Notes: generated by a model not told the origin, from the sequence alone. Shown: positions 45,819 to 56,004, counted from the stretch's first letter. The stretch: DNA of 64,000 bases from a virus (IMGVR_UViG_3300027887_000330); one strand, 5' to 3'. Made by a program: numbers and translations.

Positions 45819-46202
45819 TTATTCCAGCTCCCTACTACTTCGTAGGGGTGCTGACCCCAACCTCCGTATTTGTACCGGGTCCATCTCTACTCGGGCCCTA
45901 GGTATGTCATAAACCAAGGTTCCTGTATCCAAATCCACATCGGCCGTAGCCAAGCCCTCCTCGGTCGCCCGGGTCAGTATAGTCTCAGCTTCTGGCAGCG
46001 GTATCTCCAATGCAAATGCCAGGTCTGCTACCGTGATACGACCCTTCGTATTCTTGGCGACATTTATTGCTTCTTTAAGCATCCTAACTTCATCCACGTT
46101 TGTTTTTGCCGTTAGGCTGGTAGTTATCTTTTTGACAATCCAGTAGCCCAGGAATAGGGCCGCTAGTAACAGCGCGATCCTCAGGATGATGATTTCGGCC
46201 AT
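45819..46202 (-). CDS. Membrane-anchored protein with winged-helix-like domain
   Basis: N-terminal TM (IIILRIALLLAALFLGYWIV), then ITVADLAFALEIPLPEAETILTRATEEGLA, a wHTH-like segment. Confidence 0.35.
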   Translation of the reverse strand: MAEIIILRIALLLAALFLGYWIVKKITTSLTAKTNVDEVRMLKEAINVAKNTKGRITVADLAFALEIPLPEAETILTRATEEGLATADVDLDTGTLVYDIPRARVEMDPVQIRRLGSAPLRSSRELE

Positions 46203-46643
46203 TTAAAACTCTCCGATCACCTCTATATTATCTCTATCTGGATCGTGACAGACGGGACAAAGACTCTGGTCACACCGGTTAGGCGTATAGAAATAGGTCC
46301 CGTCATTAGGACAGTAGCAATAGAAGGTGGCCACCTCTAGGCCGCTCTTCATATGCTTGAACATCTCGATCTGCTTTAGGCGCTTCTCAGCAGCGGGTTT
46401 ACTATTATAGCATCCCATTCTTTTGCCACCCTCGCTGAATACGCACCACTGTTTACCGACCTTCTTGATATAAGCCGTATCTTTTAGTAGATCAAACCCA
46501 CTTACGTCAAGGTTTTCTTCTTCGACGAATTGTTCCCACGTTTTCTCAGCCATCTTAATTCTTCTTTTATCTCCTCCACAAAGTCGTGCCCGCAGTATTC
46601 GCATACGTCTGAGCCCAGGTGGTCTTGGGACCTTTCGAACCAC
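46203..46643 (-). CDS. Hypothetical Cys-containing protein
   Basis: 146 aa. CYCPNDG...CPVCHD. Confidence 0.4.
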   Translation of the reverse strand: MVRKVPRPPGLRRMRILRARLCGGDKRRIKMAEKTWEQFVEEENLDVSGFDLLKDTAYIKKVGKQWCVFSEGGKRMGCYNSKPAAEKRLKQIEMFKHMKSGLEVATFYCYCPNDGTYFYTPNRCDQSLCPVCHDPDRDNIEVIGEF

Positions 46644-46969
46644 GCCTCCTCTAGGTTTAAGTCTGACAAATTATCTTCAGTCCAGGAGACCTCAAACCTG
46701 TATACCCCGTCGCCATTCGCTTTTATCCACCCTTTGCCCTTGCAATTAGTGCAGTCGCTGCCGTCAGCCATTCCCTCTCCGCTACCGCTGCACACTCCAC
46801 ACGTATAACCGCAATCCTCATGCAGGATTCTCAGGGTATGCCTATAGTAGAATTCACCTAGTTCATAGACTCCAAAGGGCTTCCACCCATCCTTATACTC
46901 CAGTTGCAGGTCTTCAGGCATCTTTTTGCACCATCCCTCTTTGGTATAGCCAGTTGAATAGATCCGCAT
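46502..46969 (-). CDS. DnaJ-type CxxCxGxG zinc-finger protein
   Basis: CGVCSGSG and CTNCKGKG repeats plus CEYCGH. Confidence 0.4.
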   Translation of the reverse strand: MRIYSTGYTKEGWCKKMPEDLQLEYKDGWKPFGVYELGEFYYRHTLRILHEDCGYTCGVCSGSGEGMADGSDCTNCKGKGWIKANGDGVYRFEVSWTEDNLSDLNLEEAWFERSQDHLGSDVCEYCGHDFVEEIKEELRWLRKRGNNSSKKKTLT

Positions 46970-47228
46970 GGTCCTTTATGTCGGAGTCTAGCAGTTCCAA
47001 ACACCTAGAACAGACCCAGTAAGGCTCAGAAAAATCAGGTTCGTGAACCTCGCGCGGGCCCCAGTCAGCCTCGACAGCGATAGCCTTTACAAAATTTCCG
47101 CTCTCGTCGTCTTCCCAGCTTGTTATTTCAAGGTTGGTCACCTCGTTTGCTACTGGGCAGGACTCTTCTTCTATTACAGCTGTTTCTTTTCCGCAACTAG
47201 GGCAGGTGAAATTGATTGTATAAAACAT
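46914..47228 (-). CDS. Small zinc-ribbon protein
   Basis: CPSCGK...CSRC. 104 aa. Confidence 0.4.
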   Translation of the reverse strand: MFYTINFTCPSCGKETAVIEEESCPVANEVTNLEITSWEDDESGNFVKAIAVEADWGPREVHEPDFSEPYWVCSRCLELLDSDIKDHADLFNWLYQRGMVQKDA

Positions 47229-47230
47229 AA

Positions 47231-48322
47231 CTACTCCTGTGATAATTTCTTTGCTCGCGAGACTACCATTTTAGTTACAGCGTGCAGAAATTCTTTCTTG
47301 GTTTCGTCATCCAACAGGTTAGTATCAAAGAAGTCTCCGAACACAGCGGTAGCCCCAGCCATCCAATCATGACCCCCACCATTAGGAGCCTTAAAAACTT
47401 GTCTAGCTAGGTCGCTAGCTTTTATGTCTCCTTTGCCCCTTACTCTGATCTTGCCGGTAAGAGTGTTATCCACGATGGCGCACGTGATTACTACCCGCAC
47501 GTCCTTCCAACGCCGCCACAATTCAGCTATGAAAGACAGCGCCCCCTCTTGTTCCGCCGTTATATAGCCCAGATTAATTACAAGTAATGAGCCTTCTTTC
47601 ACAACGCCTAACCCATCTTTAGACCCATCCCTATGTGCAACAGCCATAAGATCAAAGTAATAACTATTGAGTTCGAAGTCCTGGATATTGTTAAAGACTT
47701 GCTGGCCGTAATATTTCTTTAGGTACTCAAAAGCTTTTAGGTCTCGTGGGGTTACAGAAGCGCTTAGGAGGTTGCTGGTATCTGTCATTAAGCCTAGCAA
47801 TAAAGCTGTGGCCACGTTTTGATCCGCTTTGTCTTCTACATTAAACGCAACTTCCAGTTGTTGTAGATATTCAGAGACGATAGTACAGGTTGAGCCTACT
47901 GGCTCCAGGTGGGCGCTGAAGCCCAGTGGTTTGTCCTTGTCGATGTGGTGGTCTATCGTCCAGTCTGGTTTGAGATCCGAGTCAGCTTTATACCGAAAAT
48001 TACCGGAGTGTTCATTAACATCTACAAAGATAGTGATGTCTTCTTCTTTTAAGTTATTGACACCCTTCAGATATTCCTGAGCATTCTCCAGGTCTATGTT
48101 TAGGACGTTAGCCATCACTTTGTTTTGGGGTCTAGAAAATCCCTGGCCAAATAGAAGAACAGATTTTTCATACTTATCCTCTATTAGTTTTTGCATTCCC
48201 AGGGCAGCACCCATAGCGTCAGGATCAGGAAAATCATGGATAAAAATTAGTATCCGCCCCTCCCTGCTCCTGACTAGTTTATCGAACTCGTCTATCTTTT
48301 CTTGGTTCATTCCAATCTCCAC
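47231..48322 (-). CDS. DHH/DHHA1 phosphoesterase (NrnA-like nanoRNase/pAp phosphatase, or RecJ-like)
   Basis: Motif I IHDFPDPDAMGAA. DHH (TIDHHIDKD). DHHA1 GGGH (NGGGHDWMAGA). Confidence 0.75.
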   Translation of the reverse strand: MEIGMNQEKIDEFDKLVRSREGRILIFIHDFPDPDAMGAALGMQKLIEDKYEKSVLLFGQGFSRPQNKVMANVLNIDLENAQEYLKGVNNLKEEDITIFVDVNEHSGNFRYKADSDLKPDWTIDHHIDKDKPLGFSAHLEPVGSTCTIVSEYLQQLEVAFNVEDKADQNVATALLLGLMTDTSNLLSASVTPRDLKAFEYLKKYYGQQVFNNIQDFELNSYYFDLMAVAHRDGSKDGLGVVKEGSLLVINLGYITAEQEGALSFIAELWRRWKDVRVVITCAIVDNTLTGKIRVRGKGDIKASDLARQVFKAPNGGGHDWMAGATAVFGDFFDTNLLDDETKKEFLHAVTKMVVSRAKKLSQE

Positions 48323-48450
48323 ACTCGATTAGTGGGACTGTGTGTATTATTCTTTCCAGGGAGTTGACCTTCATCCACATCTCATCCAGCTTCTTGGTTG
48401 AATATCCAGTCACCTTAGAAGAGTTATCTTCTAATTTCAATAGGAGTTGG

Positions 48451-49176
48451 TTAGTTAGCCTTACGTTCCATATTAGTAGGAATATCACTAGGAGGGTTAA
48501 GAATAGCCCTAACCACCATCTCGGGTTTGTCTGGAATTCTTTTAAGAAGTTCATCTATCTCATCCCTGAGTACTAATAGTTCGGGACGTATACCGGCTAA
48601 TAAAGCCGTGACCGTACTCCCAATTAAGGTAGCACTCCTACCTACAGTTATTATGCAGGGTTTGTAGTAGGCTCGGACGCAGTAATTCCTTCCTGCCACC
48701 CAGCCCTCAACGTCAAAGTCTTTTCCTAGTTCTTTTCCAACAATGGCTTCCACCATCTTACGGGCCGCGAGGGTATCCTCTGTTGACACGGCTGTCGCTT
48801 TGAGGTGATCCGAAAGTTTGTTGATGTCCTCAAAGCTGACCGGGACCTTGGGGAGGTCTATGTAGTCCACAATAAGAGGATCTGGTTTTACTTTGATTGG
48901 TTTAAAGTCTATGTGAATATCAAAACCTACGCGTATCGTTTTGTCATTCAGGAAGATGAAGCCATCCGGTGGGTAATCGAACTCTTTACAGGCTCTTTCC
49001 CACTCTTCTCCATAGGGCCAAGTCACAAAGAACATGCCCATGCCGCCCACTTTTAGTGGTACGAGATCTCCTATTTCCACTTGTAGTTGTTGCACCAAGC
49101 GGTAAGGAATCCCCACATAACCTAGGGGAATGTTTGGAGAGGCAATTACCTTTACCTCTTTATGTAGGATCATCAT
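48451..49176 (-). CDS. Hypothetical protein (start MMILHKE)
   Basis: GGAG RBS before ATGATG at 49171-49176. The promoter-like motif lies 26-41 nt upstream. Confidence 0.45.
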   Translation of the reverse strand: MMILHKEVKVIASPNIPLGYVGIPYRLVQQLQVEIGDLVPLKVGGMGMFFVTWPYGEEWERACKEFDYPPDGFIFLNDKTIRVGFDIHIDFKPIKVKPDPLIVDYIDLPKVPVSFEDINKLSDHLKATAVSTEDTLAARKMVEAIVGKELGKDFDVEGWVAGRNYCVRAYYKPCIITVGRSATLIGSTVTALLAGIRPELLVLRDEIDELLKRIPDKPEMVVRAILNPPSDIPTNMERKAN

Positions 49177-49201
49177 AATTTTTTTCTGCTCCAAAGGAGA
49201 G

Positions 49202-49217
49202 TTAGGGATGGGATTAA
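49202..49217 (-). promoter_or_regulatory. Recurrent promoter-like motif copy 2 (TTAGGGATGGGATTAA)
   Basis: 26-41 nt upstream of the ATG at 49176. Overlaps the stop of the upstream gene. Confidence 0.35.
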
Positions 49218-49597
49218 CGAAGTTTACCCTCGTGGTCAACCTTGTATATTGCTGACTTGGACCACGCATAAAACCATTCGTCTGTTTCATCCGCTAGTTT
49301 GAATTCGTAAGGTCTGTTCTTTGCCGCCAGCCCCAATGCAATGTCGTCCATCCTTTCATGCATGGCCTTAAGCGATTTAAAAGTATCCGAGAGCTGGTCT
49401 TTGAACTGCCCGTAGTTTTCCCATAGTATGAATACGAGATCAGACCAATCCCCTGATCCGGCTTCGACCTCTTTATATTCCCACCGACCGTCTTTGTATC
49501 TGGTTTTCACTATCACGTAAGTTGGAACCCAGAGGTCTTCGTCTTGTTTTTTCCAGTCAGTCATAGCTATCCTTAGAGCGGGGCCCGAAGGCCCCAC
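49214..49597 (-). CDS. Hypothetical protein
   Basis: 127 aa. Confidence 0.45.
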   Translation of the reverse strand: MGPSGPALRIAMTDWKKQDEDLWVPTYVIVKTRYKDGRWEYKEVEAGSGDWSDLVFILWENYGQFKDQLSDTFKSLKAMHERMDDIALGLAAKNRPYEFKLADETDEWFYAWSKSAIYKVDHEGKLR

Positions 49598-49601
49598 ACA
49601 A

Positions 49602-50048
49602 TTATCTTGCTGCTGATCTAAGCCTGTTATTAGCAGGCAGAGCTAACGGACTCCCAACCTGGATTGGAATTAGCTTTTTTATGCTCAATGAAGCTACCTC
49701 GACTACAGAACAAATAGAGTTTAACTCTTCTTGTCCCAAGTAAGAATCAGCACCGGCCAGATCCTTCTTCTTGTTGGCCTCGACTCTTACTTTCACTGAG
49801 GCCAGGAGCTTATCAACATCCCCGTCTATCGCTTCAAAATAGGCTTCGGGATCGACCTCTCTCAGCTCCTTCATTGTTATGACAGCTTCGGCTTTTTTGG
49901 CCTGGACTGAATCAACCTCGTGTCCTATCATAAACTGCTTGATAGTATCAGCCAATTCTTTCTCTTGTGCCTCTAAAAGCTTCAGGTCATTCCTAACTCT
50001 ATACAATTCATCTATGGCTTTGGTAACCCCCACGGGTATTTTTGCCAT
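49602..50048 (-). CDS. Hypothetical coiled-coil protein
   Basis: 148 aa. Confidence 0.45.
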   Translation of the reverse strand: MAKIPVGVTKAIDELYRVRNDLKLLEAQEKELADTIKQFMIGHEVDSVQAKKAEAVITMKELREVDPEAYFEAIDGDVDKLLASVKVRVEANKKKDLAGADSYLGQEELNSICSVVEVASLSIKKLIPIQVGSPLALPANNRLRSAAR

Positions 50049-50056
50049 ATTACTCC

Positions 50057-50224
50057 TTATATCTTTTTAAGTTCATCTACCGCCATTGATTGCGCTAGAT
50101 CCATAGTTCGGATGGTCTGTTCTACCATCCTGCTTTGATTCGCTACGTAAGCTTCATAAGCATCGACGAATCTTTCGGCTGCGGATACAGCCCTCTCCAA
50201 AATTGATAGTAAACTGCTGTCCAT
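50057..50224 (-). CDS. Small hypothetical protein (55 aa, below track cutoff)
   Basis: GGAGAAATTATG start context. MDSSLLSILERAVSAAERF... Helical. Confidence 0.3.
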   Translation of the reverse strand: MDSSLLSILERAVSAAERFVDAYEAYVANQSRMVEQTIRTMDLAQSMAVDELKKI

Positions 50225-50232
50225 AATTTCTC

Positions 50233-50835
50233 CTAATGCTTTTTGAAAACTACGTCTTTGTCAATTTCATATATGTGCCAACATGCATAACATTCATCAC
50301 AACCTTTATTACAATCAAATCTTGCATGCATGTATCTGTCTTCGCGTCCATCTTCCATCCAAGCGATACGTTTAAATTCTTTCGGTAATGCGTACCCTGG
50401 CCAAGCCGAGGGAAGAATCGTTAAGTTAAACGGGCATTTGTTGATAGGCAATGTGTATCGTTTGGTGAAAGCTAAAAATCTGGTGTTAGGGTAATCGTCA
50501 GCGAGTCTTATCATTTCGTTAAAATACTTCTCGTCAGGTATGTCACCATCTGTATGAAATCTAAAATAGTGCGGCTTTTTCTGATCTAAGAACTCGCGGA
50601 TGTTTCTGAAATACTTGTGTGGCTGTGTTAACCATACTCTCCAGTTATGGAGGCGGGCGTCCCTTACATTGGGATACGCTCTCCATGCCTTGAGAGAATA
50701 ACACAGATTTTCTTCCGCACACGGTACTCCCTTTACGCACGACAAAATCGGCGGGAGAGAGACGTTGGGGATTTTGCCTATCTTTTGATTGCCCTCACTG
50801 ATCACAACCGGATCTCGTGTAGTATAGAGGGTCAT
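50233..50835 (-). CDS. Hypothetical protein with C-terminal Cys cluster
   Basis: CNKGCDECYACWH at the C-terminus. The promoter-like motif is 68-82 nt upstream. Confidence 0.45.
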   Translation of the reverse strand: MTLYTTRDPVVISEGNQKIGKIPNVSLPPILSCVKGVPCAEENLCYSLKAWRAYPNVRDARLHNWRVWLTQPHKYFRNIREFLDQKKPHYFRFHTDGDIPDEKYFNEMIRLADDYPNTRFLAFTKRYTLPINKCPFNLTILPSAWPGYALPKEFKRIAWMEDGREDRYMHARFDCNKGCDECYACWHIYEIDKDVVFKKH

Positions 50836-50902
50836 TTTTCGAAAATTACGCTATTTCGCCTTTTCTGCTATTTGGGGATTTTTTTTCGGAAGCTCCGAAA
50901 AG

Positions 50903-50917
50903 TTTAGGATGGGATTA
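50903..50917 (-). promoter_or_regulatory. Recurrent promoter-like motif copy 3 (TTTAGGATGGGATTA)
   Basis: 68-82 nt upstream of the ATG at 50835. Adjacent palindromes TTTCGGA/TCCGAAA and ATTTCGCGAAAT. Confidence 0.35.
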
Positions 50918-51092
50918 TTCGCGATTTTTCAATATTTCGCGAAATTTGCCAAATTCGTCTAGCACGTCAATCGAGAAATGTGCTGTTTTCACTTGTACGT
51001 GAGCTAAGGTCAAAATCGCTGCAATTAGGTCATCCACCTTTTCATTTAATTTCCCCGTCGTCAGATTAAGCTGACGGACAGGCTCTATTAGT

Positions 51093-51791
51093 CTATATGG
51101 CATCCAGATGCTCCTTGAGCCTCTCGATAAAATCGAGTTGTTTAGGCGTGATTGGCTCCAAATCACGACTTATGCGATCAGCCATACGTAATTGAAATAA
51201 TGACACTTTTTGCCATTCGTCTAAATCGGGGCGCGTGATCCCGGTATTTTTGACGAATCGGGACAGCGCCTTTTCAGACCAATCTGAAGTGTAGTTATAC
51301 ATGTGATTAGAGATTAACTCGACTACCTTGTGCCCTGTCTCAAAAGGCACTTTATACCTTTTCAGCACTTTTTTGGCTATTCGCTCAGACGCGATTTCGT
51401 GCCGGTAAAAGGTAATCCGCTCCACTGCGTTGTCACACCTTTTGTAACACTTCTTTTTCTCTCGTTTACAGTATTGGATGATTCGTTTTTCGGGAAAGTA
51501 CAACCTACAGAGTATATGCCAGCTTCTAACGTCGTATTTACCTGTATCATGCAGCAAACCTGCCCACCGCAGCACTATGTCTGAAGGGGTATTATCACAG
51601 GTCTTTATGCAGTGTGCAAATACGTCGTCCTGGTGAAACTTAGGGTCCTGGTGTATTCCGACACACCTGTCTAATGCTAACAAGTGCCGTTTTAATACTC
51701 CTTCTTTTTGCCATTCTATTATCCTTATGGAAGGCTGTTTAGCTAAAAGATTCTTTTTGAATATCTCTGAAAACTCTGTGAAGTCCTTCAT
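51093..51791 (-). CDS. HD-domain phosphohydrolase
   Basis: KFHQDDVFAHCIK...GLLHDTGKYD is the H...HD...D metal-binding pattern. Confidence 0.5.
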   Translation of the reverse strand: MKDFTEFSEIFKKNLLAKQPSIRIIEWQKEGVLKRHLLALDRCVGIHQDPKFHQDDVFAHCIKTCDNTPSDIVLRWAGLLHDTGKYDVRSWHILCRLYFPEKRIIQYCKREKKKCYKRCDNAVERITFYRHEIASERIAKKVLKRYKVPFETGHKVVELISNHMYNYTSDWSEKALSRFVKNTGITRPDLDEWQKVSLFQLRMADRISRDLEPITPKQLDFIERLKEHLDAI

Positions 51792-52707
51792 TCAACCTGA
51801 GCGTGTTCAGGACTGTGTCACCAGCTAACAGCAATTCCCGATATTGCTGCGTGGATAGGTTGTATTGTTCTTTTATCCTCTTGTTGCTCCATCCTGTAGG
51901 AGTCTTCATTACAAGATCAGACTCCAGGTGGTTTAAATCCAAATCTTCCATGGATAAGCAGTATATATCGTATAAGTCAGGGTGGAGAGCATTCAATCGG
52001 CTCTGCATCTTTCTTAGGTCCGCAGAACCATCAAAATCGTAATTTACTGGAATATCCGGTACATTACTTGAAACTGAATACATACGTAAAAGCTCCAACG
52101 CCCTGATCCACTCTTCAAAAGTTTTTCTGTACCATTTTGCGTAAAATTCAAGGCTTTTTCTGGGGCCTCTTAATACAGCGAATAACTCTTTTCTGTCTTT
52201 TCCAGAAACTTCACTTATGGGACATTCAGAATAGCCGAATTCGCATATTTTACACTTTTTAGAAAGTGGGCTACAGCCTTCTATGCATAAAACGTAATAT
52301 AGATCCGAATGCGCCGCGTCCTTTATGGACTTGACATATTTGTTGATTATTCGCAGGGCCTCCATATACTTCTTCAGACTGAATCTCAGTGGTCTAGGAA
52401 TTACGACCGGCAAATACACATATTTAGAGTATTCCAGAATAGCATTCTGAAATCTTCTGATAATGTGCTTATGCCACTCATTCTGTGGCCACTTATGGGA
52501 GTTTGTGTCCTCCTTTAGTTTATTTTTGATAAATCTCAGTCCTTCTAACAGGGCCTCAGATTCGCTATCGTCTCTATCAAGCTTATTTACGTAGTGCGAG
52601 AAATAATGTCTTTGTATTTTTCGTATAGAAGCTGTAGCTGTTATAAAAGCTTGATATGCGTCTTTGGGCAAGTCAGAATCGCTAAGCTTGAGCTGTTTGT
52701 GTATCAT
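51739..52707 (-). CDS. Hypothetical protein
   Basis: 322 aa. Confidence 0.45.
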   Translation of the reverse strand: MIHKQLKLSDSDLPKDAYQAFITATASIRKIQRHYFSHYVNKLDRDDSESEALLEGLRFIKNKLKEDTNSHKWPQNEWHKHIIRRFQNAILEYSKYVYLPVVIPRPLRFSLKKYMEALRIINKYVKSIKDAAHSDLYYVLCIEGCSPLSKKCKICEFGYSECPISEVSGKDRKELFAVLRGPRKSLEFYAKWYRKTFEEWIRALELLRMYSVSSNVPDIPVNYDFDGSADLRKMQSRLNALHPDLYDIYCLSMEDLDLNHLESDLVMKTPTGWSNKRIKEQYNLSTQQYRELLLAGDTVLNTLRLNEGLHRVFRDIQKESFS

Positions 52708-54121
52708 ATGACTGAAATGCAGCCGCTGGCACCATCTTTACGTCCATCCCTAACCCCTGATAAATGAGATTACGTGTTCTAGCTTGTTTTTGCAGGACAG
52801 GGTTAATATCAAGAGGATCCAACATAAAAGAAGCTTCTTTTCCGTCCACGGGTCTTTGGGCCCGGCCAGAACACTGTTCTAGTAAGACTGAATCCTTGAA
52901 TGGGGTCGCTAACAAGATGAAGTTAATTGGTGGGTAGTCAAATCCCTCATTGAGCAGCTTAGAAGTGGCTATGATCAGTTGTGCTGCTCTAGACTTTATC
53001 TTTTCGGCTGCTAGTGTCCGATTTAGAGTGCTCATGTCTCCGAGCATCATTAAGGGATCTAGCCCTTCCTCTGCACACCTATGTGTAAGCAATTCTACGT
53101 GTTTTCTACGAGCACTTAAGACTAAAATAGTGTTAGCGGGGTTATTATCCCTTCTAACATATTTTATTATGTCTATAAGTATCTCGTTGCGGGCTTTGTG
53201 GTCCACTAAGTCACTTAATAAGGTGCTATAGTTGACTCCAGGTAAGTAAACACCAGTATCAACCATATAAACAGAAGGAATAATGATTATACCCTCTTTT
53301 ACTAGCATAGCCTTATCAGCCAACGTCACGACCGGTCCCATACAATCAAACATCATCTGTGTAAGACCGTCATTTCTATAGGAAGTCGCGGTTAGGCCGA
53401 AAGTGGTTTCAGTGGAAAGCATATGGGTCGCCATGTGCCAACTGGTCGCGGGGGCATGATGAACTTCGTCTACGATAGCCGTTCCAAAGATGTATTTCAG
53501 CTCTTTGAGCTTTTCTCTTCGTCTGTGTAGCGTTTGTACCGTGGCAATAGTTAGAAATTGCCCTAGATGAAATTTGCCTTGTCCTATTACCCCTATTTCT
53601 TTTTTAGGAATCTTAAACAAGTCTGAGGCTGCCTGACGAGTTTGATTAGCTAACTCCTTTGTGTGTGTTATCCACAGAGTTCTTCTTCCTAGCCGCCGCG
53701 CTAGTTCTAAACCAGTAAATGTCTTCCCAGTCCCCGGAGGAGCTTGCATGATGAAGCCGGGCCCTGGATAAACCATAGCCTCTTGAATCATCTTCTCCTG
53801 ATAGGAGCGCAAAACTCCGTGTATCTTTGGGACTGGTACTTTGTCCTTGTGCCTTAGGTCAACAATTTGATAGGGAGACCCGGATTTAGCAACAACTTGG
53901 GCAAGAAACTCCATGTAATACCCTTTAGGCAGCCACAGTTCGTTATGGTCGTAACCATAGGACCTAACTGTGCGGGGTATCCAACTCACGTTACCCTGTC
54001 CAAATTTGAGAGCATTCAGAAACTTTGGGTTAGGGTAGGTTAGTCTCTTGAGCACCATGTCGAAACTTTCCCTGGGGAGCCCAGAGACTCTAACGTAGTC
54101 ATCAATTACTATATTTATCAT
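52682..54121 (-). CDS. Superfamily 2 DExH-box helicase
   Basis: Walker A APPGTGKT. Motif II VDEVHH. Motif III TATSYRNDG. Motif VI QCSGRAQRP. Confidence 0.75.
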   Translation of the reverse strand: MINIVIDDYVRVSGLPRESFDMVLKRLTYPNPKFLNALKFGQGNVSWIPRTVRSYGYDHNELWLPKGYYMEFLAQVVAKSGSPYQIVDLRHKDKVPVPKIHGVLRSYQEKMIQEAMVYPGPGFIMQAPPGTGKTFTGLELARRLGRRTLWITHTKELANQTRQAASDLFKIPKKEIGVIGQGKFHLGQFLTIATVQTLHRRREKLKELKYIFGTAIVDEVHHAPATSWHMATHMLSTETTFGLTATSYRNDGLTQMMFDCMGPVVTLADKAMLVKEGIIIIPSVYMVDTGVYLPGVNYSTLLSDLVDHKARNEILIDIIKYVRRDNNPANTILVLSARRKHVELLTHRCAEEGLDPLMMLGDMSTLNRTLAAEKIKSRAAQLIIATSKLLNEGFDYPPINFILLATPFKDSVLLEQCSGRAQRPVDGKEASFMLDPLDINPVLQKQARTRNLIYQGLGMDVKMVPAAAFQSYDTQTAQA

Positions 54122-54734
54122 TTTTCCAAAAGAGACCTAAGATACTTTACAGCATCTACTGTGTCCTCAAAGCATGCAGCTAAATCCTCTAATGCGCCCC
54201 CTACGGTGGCTGCCGCATCCATCAGATCTTCTTCGCTATCTCCCTCAGGGTCATATTTATACATAAATTCAGCCACCAAGCCTGCTAGTTCTTCGAGGTA
54301 TCCAGTATTAAAAGATGAAAGCTCTGATTCAATTCTATTTGTTAAAGAGGTTATTTCCCCTGGTTTGTCCATCTACACCTCATGGACACTCATGGTTTGG
54401 GTCAGTGCAGGCCGCCCGGCCCGCGGGCAAATGGGGGCATCTAACTTGCACACACTTCTCTGGAAGGTACGCGTTTGGGTCAGATGTCTCTCCCGTTCTC
54501 CCAAATTCTGATCTTTTTGTTTGCCAATCCCAAAAACCTAAATGATACTCTGCGGCCTTTCGCACTTTTAGGTATTTCGGACCTGTGTCTCCTGCCATGA
54601 ACATCCTGTTTGAAAGGATTTGTAATTTCTGACCCTTCTTGGGGTCCTTCCTCTTTGACCACTCTTTAATTTTAATAACTTTAGCCATAAGAGTTCCCTA
54701 AGGGGAAGGGTGGCGGCCCTTCCCCAATGAAAAG

Positions 54735-55400
54735 CTATTTTACGGACTCATATGAAGCCATATAAGTAGCCAGTTCCTTGTCATAGTCAGCAAATTCCAT
54801 TGCTGCCTCTTTAGCCTTGTTGAACTTGTGGTCGGAAACCGTAGCTGTGACCTCTTTGATGAATTCATGGATGAAGTACCAACTCTTATTGAGCACTATT
54901 GAATTCACCGTAGGTCCGCTGATCCCAAACACCGATCCTATGGCGTCGTAATCGGCAAGGTCTTCTTTGGCTAGTCGGCTAACCACGTCTCGTAGGGAAA
55001 GCACCCCTAAAGCATCCATCTTGGGAACAACTTCATTTGCCATGATCTTCGTGTAGGCGGCTCGTTTATGGGTTACCCAACGTAGATTAGCGGGCTGGAT
55101 ATTCCACTTGTTTCCGTCTGACGGAAGAGCAAATCCTTCTCTTGGTTTGAAAGGAGAACCGGCCTGTAATACGGCCAACACCACCCTACCAACCTGTTGA
55201 AATTTACCTTTTCCAAGACCAGCCTGCCCTTCATTCTTGGGCAGAACAGCAATTACTGTTCCATTTATTTTGCTACGGAAAGTAGGGATTGCTTTCCCCG
55301 TGCTAATCCGTATCAGTGCCCCGCTCTTCTTATGTACACGGGTATCAATAGCTGGGGCTTCGACCCAGTCGCTCTGGGACGTTTGTTGAGTTGAACTCAT
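54735..55400 (-). CDS. Hypothetical protein
   Basis: 221 aa. Confidence 0.45.
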   Translation of the reverse strand: MSSTQQTSQSDWVEAPAIDTRVHKKSGALIRISTGKAIPTFRSKINGTVIAVLPKNEGQAGLGKGKFQQVGRVVLAVLQAGSPFKPREGFALPSDGNKWNIQPANLRWVTHKRAAYTKIMANEVVPKMDALGVLSLRDVVSRLAKEDLADYDAIGSVFGISGPTVNSIVLNKSWYFIHEFIKEVTATVSDHKFNKAKEAAMEFADYDKELATYMASYESVK

Positions 55401-55443
55401 TATTACCTCTTTTTGTTATCGTAGAAATTCGGGTTGGGTTAAT

Positions 55444-56004
55444 TTATTGCATTTTCAAGCTAAAGGGATCAAAACGAGCCGTTTTGGCTAGAAAAGCGTC
55501 TTCAACTCCGCTTAAGAAACCAGCATATAGTGAGGATTCATGAATAACTTTGATTAGTCTCACAAATCTGTCCTCCAGCCCTAAGACCAGGGGACTAAGA
55601 GGTTCCGAAAACATCCTGTTGAATATCTCAGAAGAGGCCTCTAAAGCGTATTTCTTTGCTTGTTCATCTATATACGTAGTTATGTAGAAATCTCCAGATC
55701 TCAGGATAGGCTGTCCACCCGCTGGAGCAGGGTTATCCTCGATCAGTTTACCGGAGTCTTTCCAGCCGACTAAATAACCAGCGAACATGCACAGCTCTAC
55801 CCAAGATTGTAAAAACCCAGCTGTGCCGTCGTCTTTAATATCAAATTTCTCTATGATCTCATAGGAATGTTCTTGTGTCTTCTTGTACGCCTGTTTCACT
55901 ACTTCTTCGTCTATCGCAAGGTCATCGGAGCTTTGAAATTCTAGCCATTTTTGAACTGATCTTAATAATTTATTGAATCGCTCCTTATCATCCCATATCT
56001 GCAT
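55444..56004 (-). CDS. Hypothetical protein
   Basis: 186 aa. Confidence 0.45.
   Translation of the reverse strand: MQIWDDKERFNKLLRSVQKWLEFQSSDDLAIDEEVVKQAYKKTQEHSYEIIEKFDIKDDGTAGFLQSWVELCMFAGYLVGWKDSGKLIEDNPAPAGGQPILRSGDFYITTYIDEQAKKYALEASSEIFNRMFSEPLSPLVLGLEDRFVRLIKVIHESSLYAGFLSGVEDAFLAKTARFDPFSLKMQ

Noticed and set aside
50915-51166. ORF 50915..51166 (-) overlapping the HD-domain gene by 74 nt
   Set aside because: It could be real with a later start (MPYRL), but its 3-prime end contains the palindromes and lies next to the promoter-like motif. It is left uncalled.
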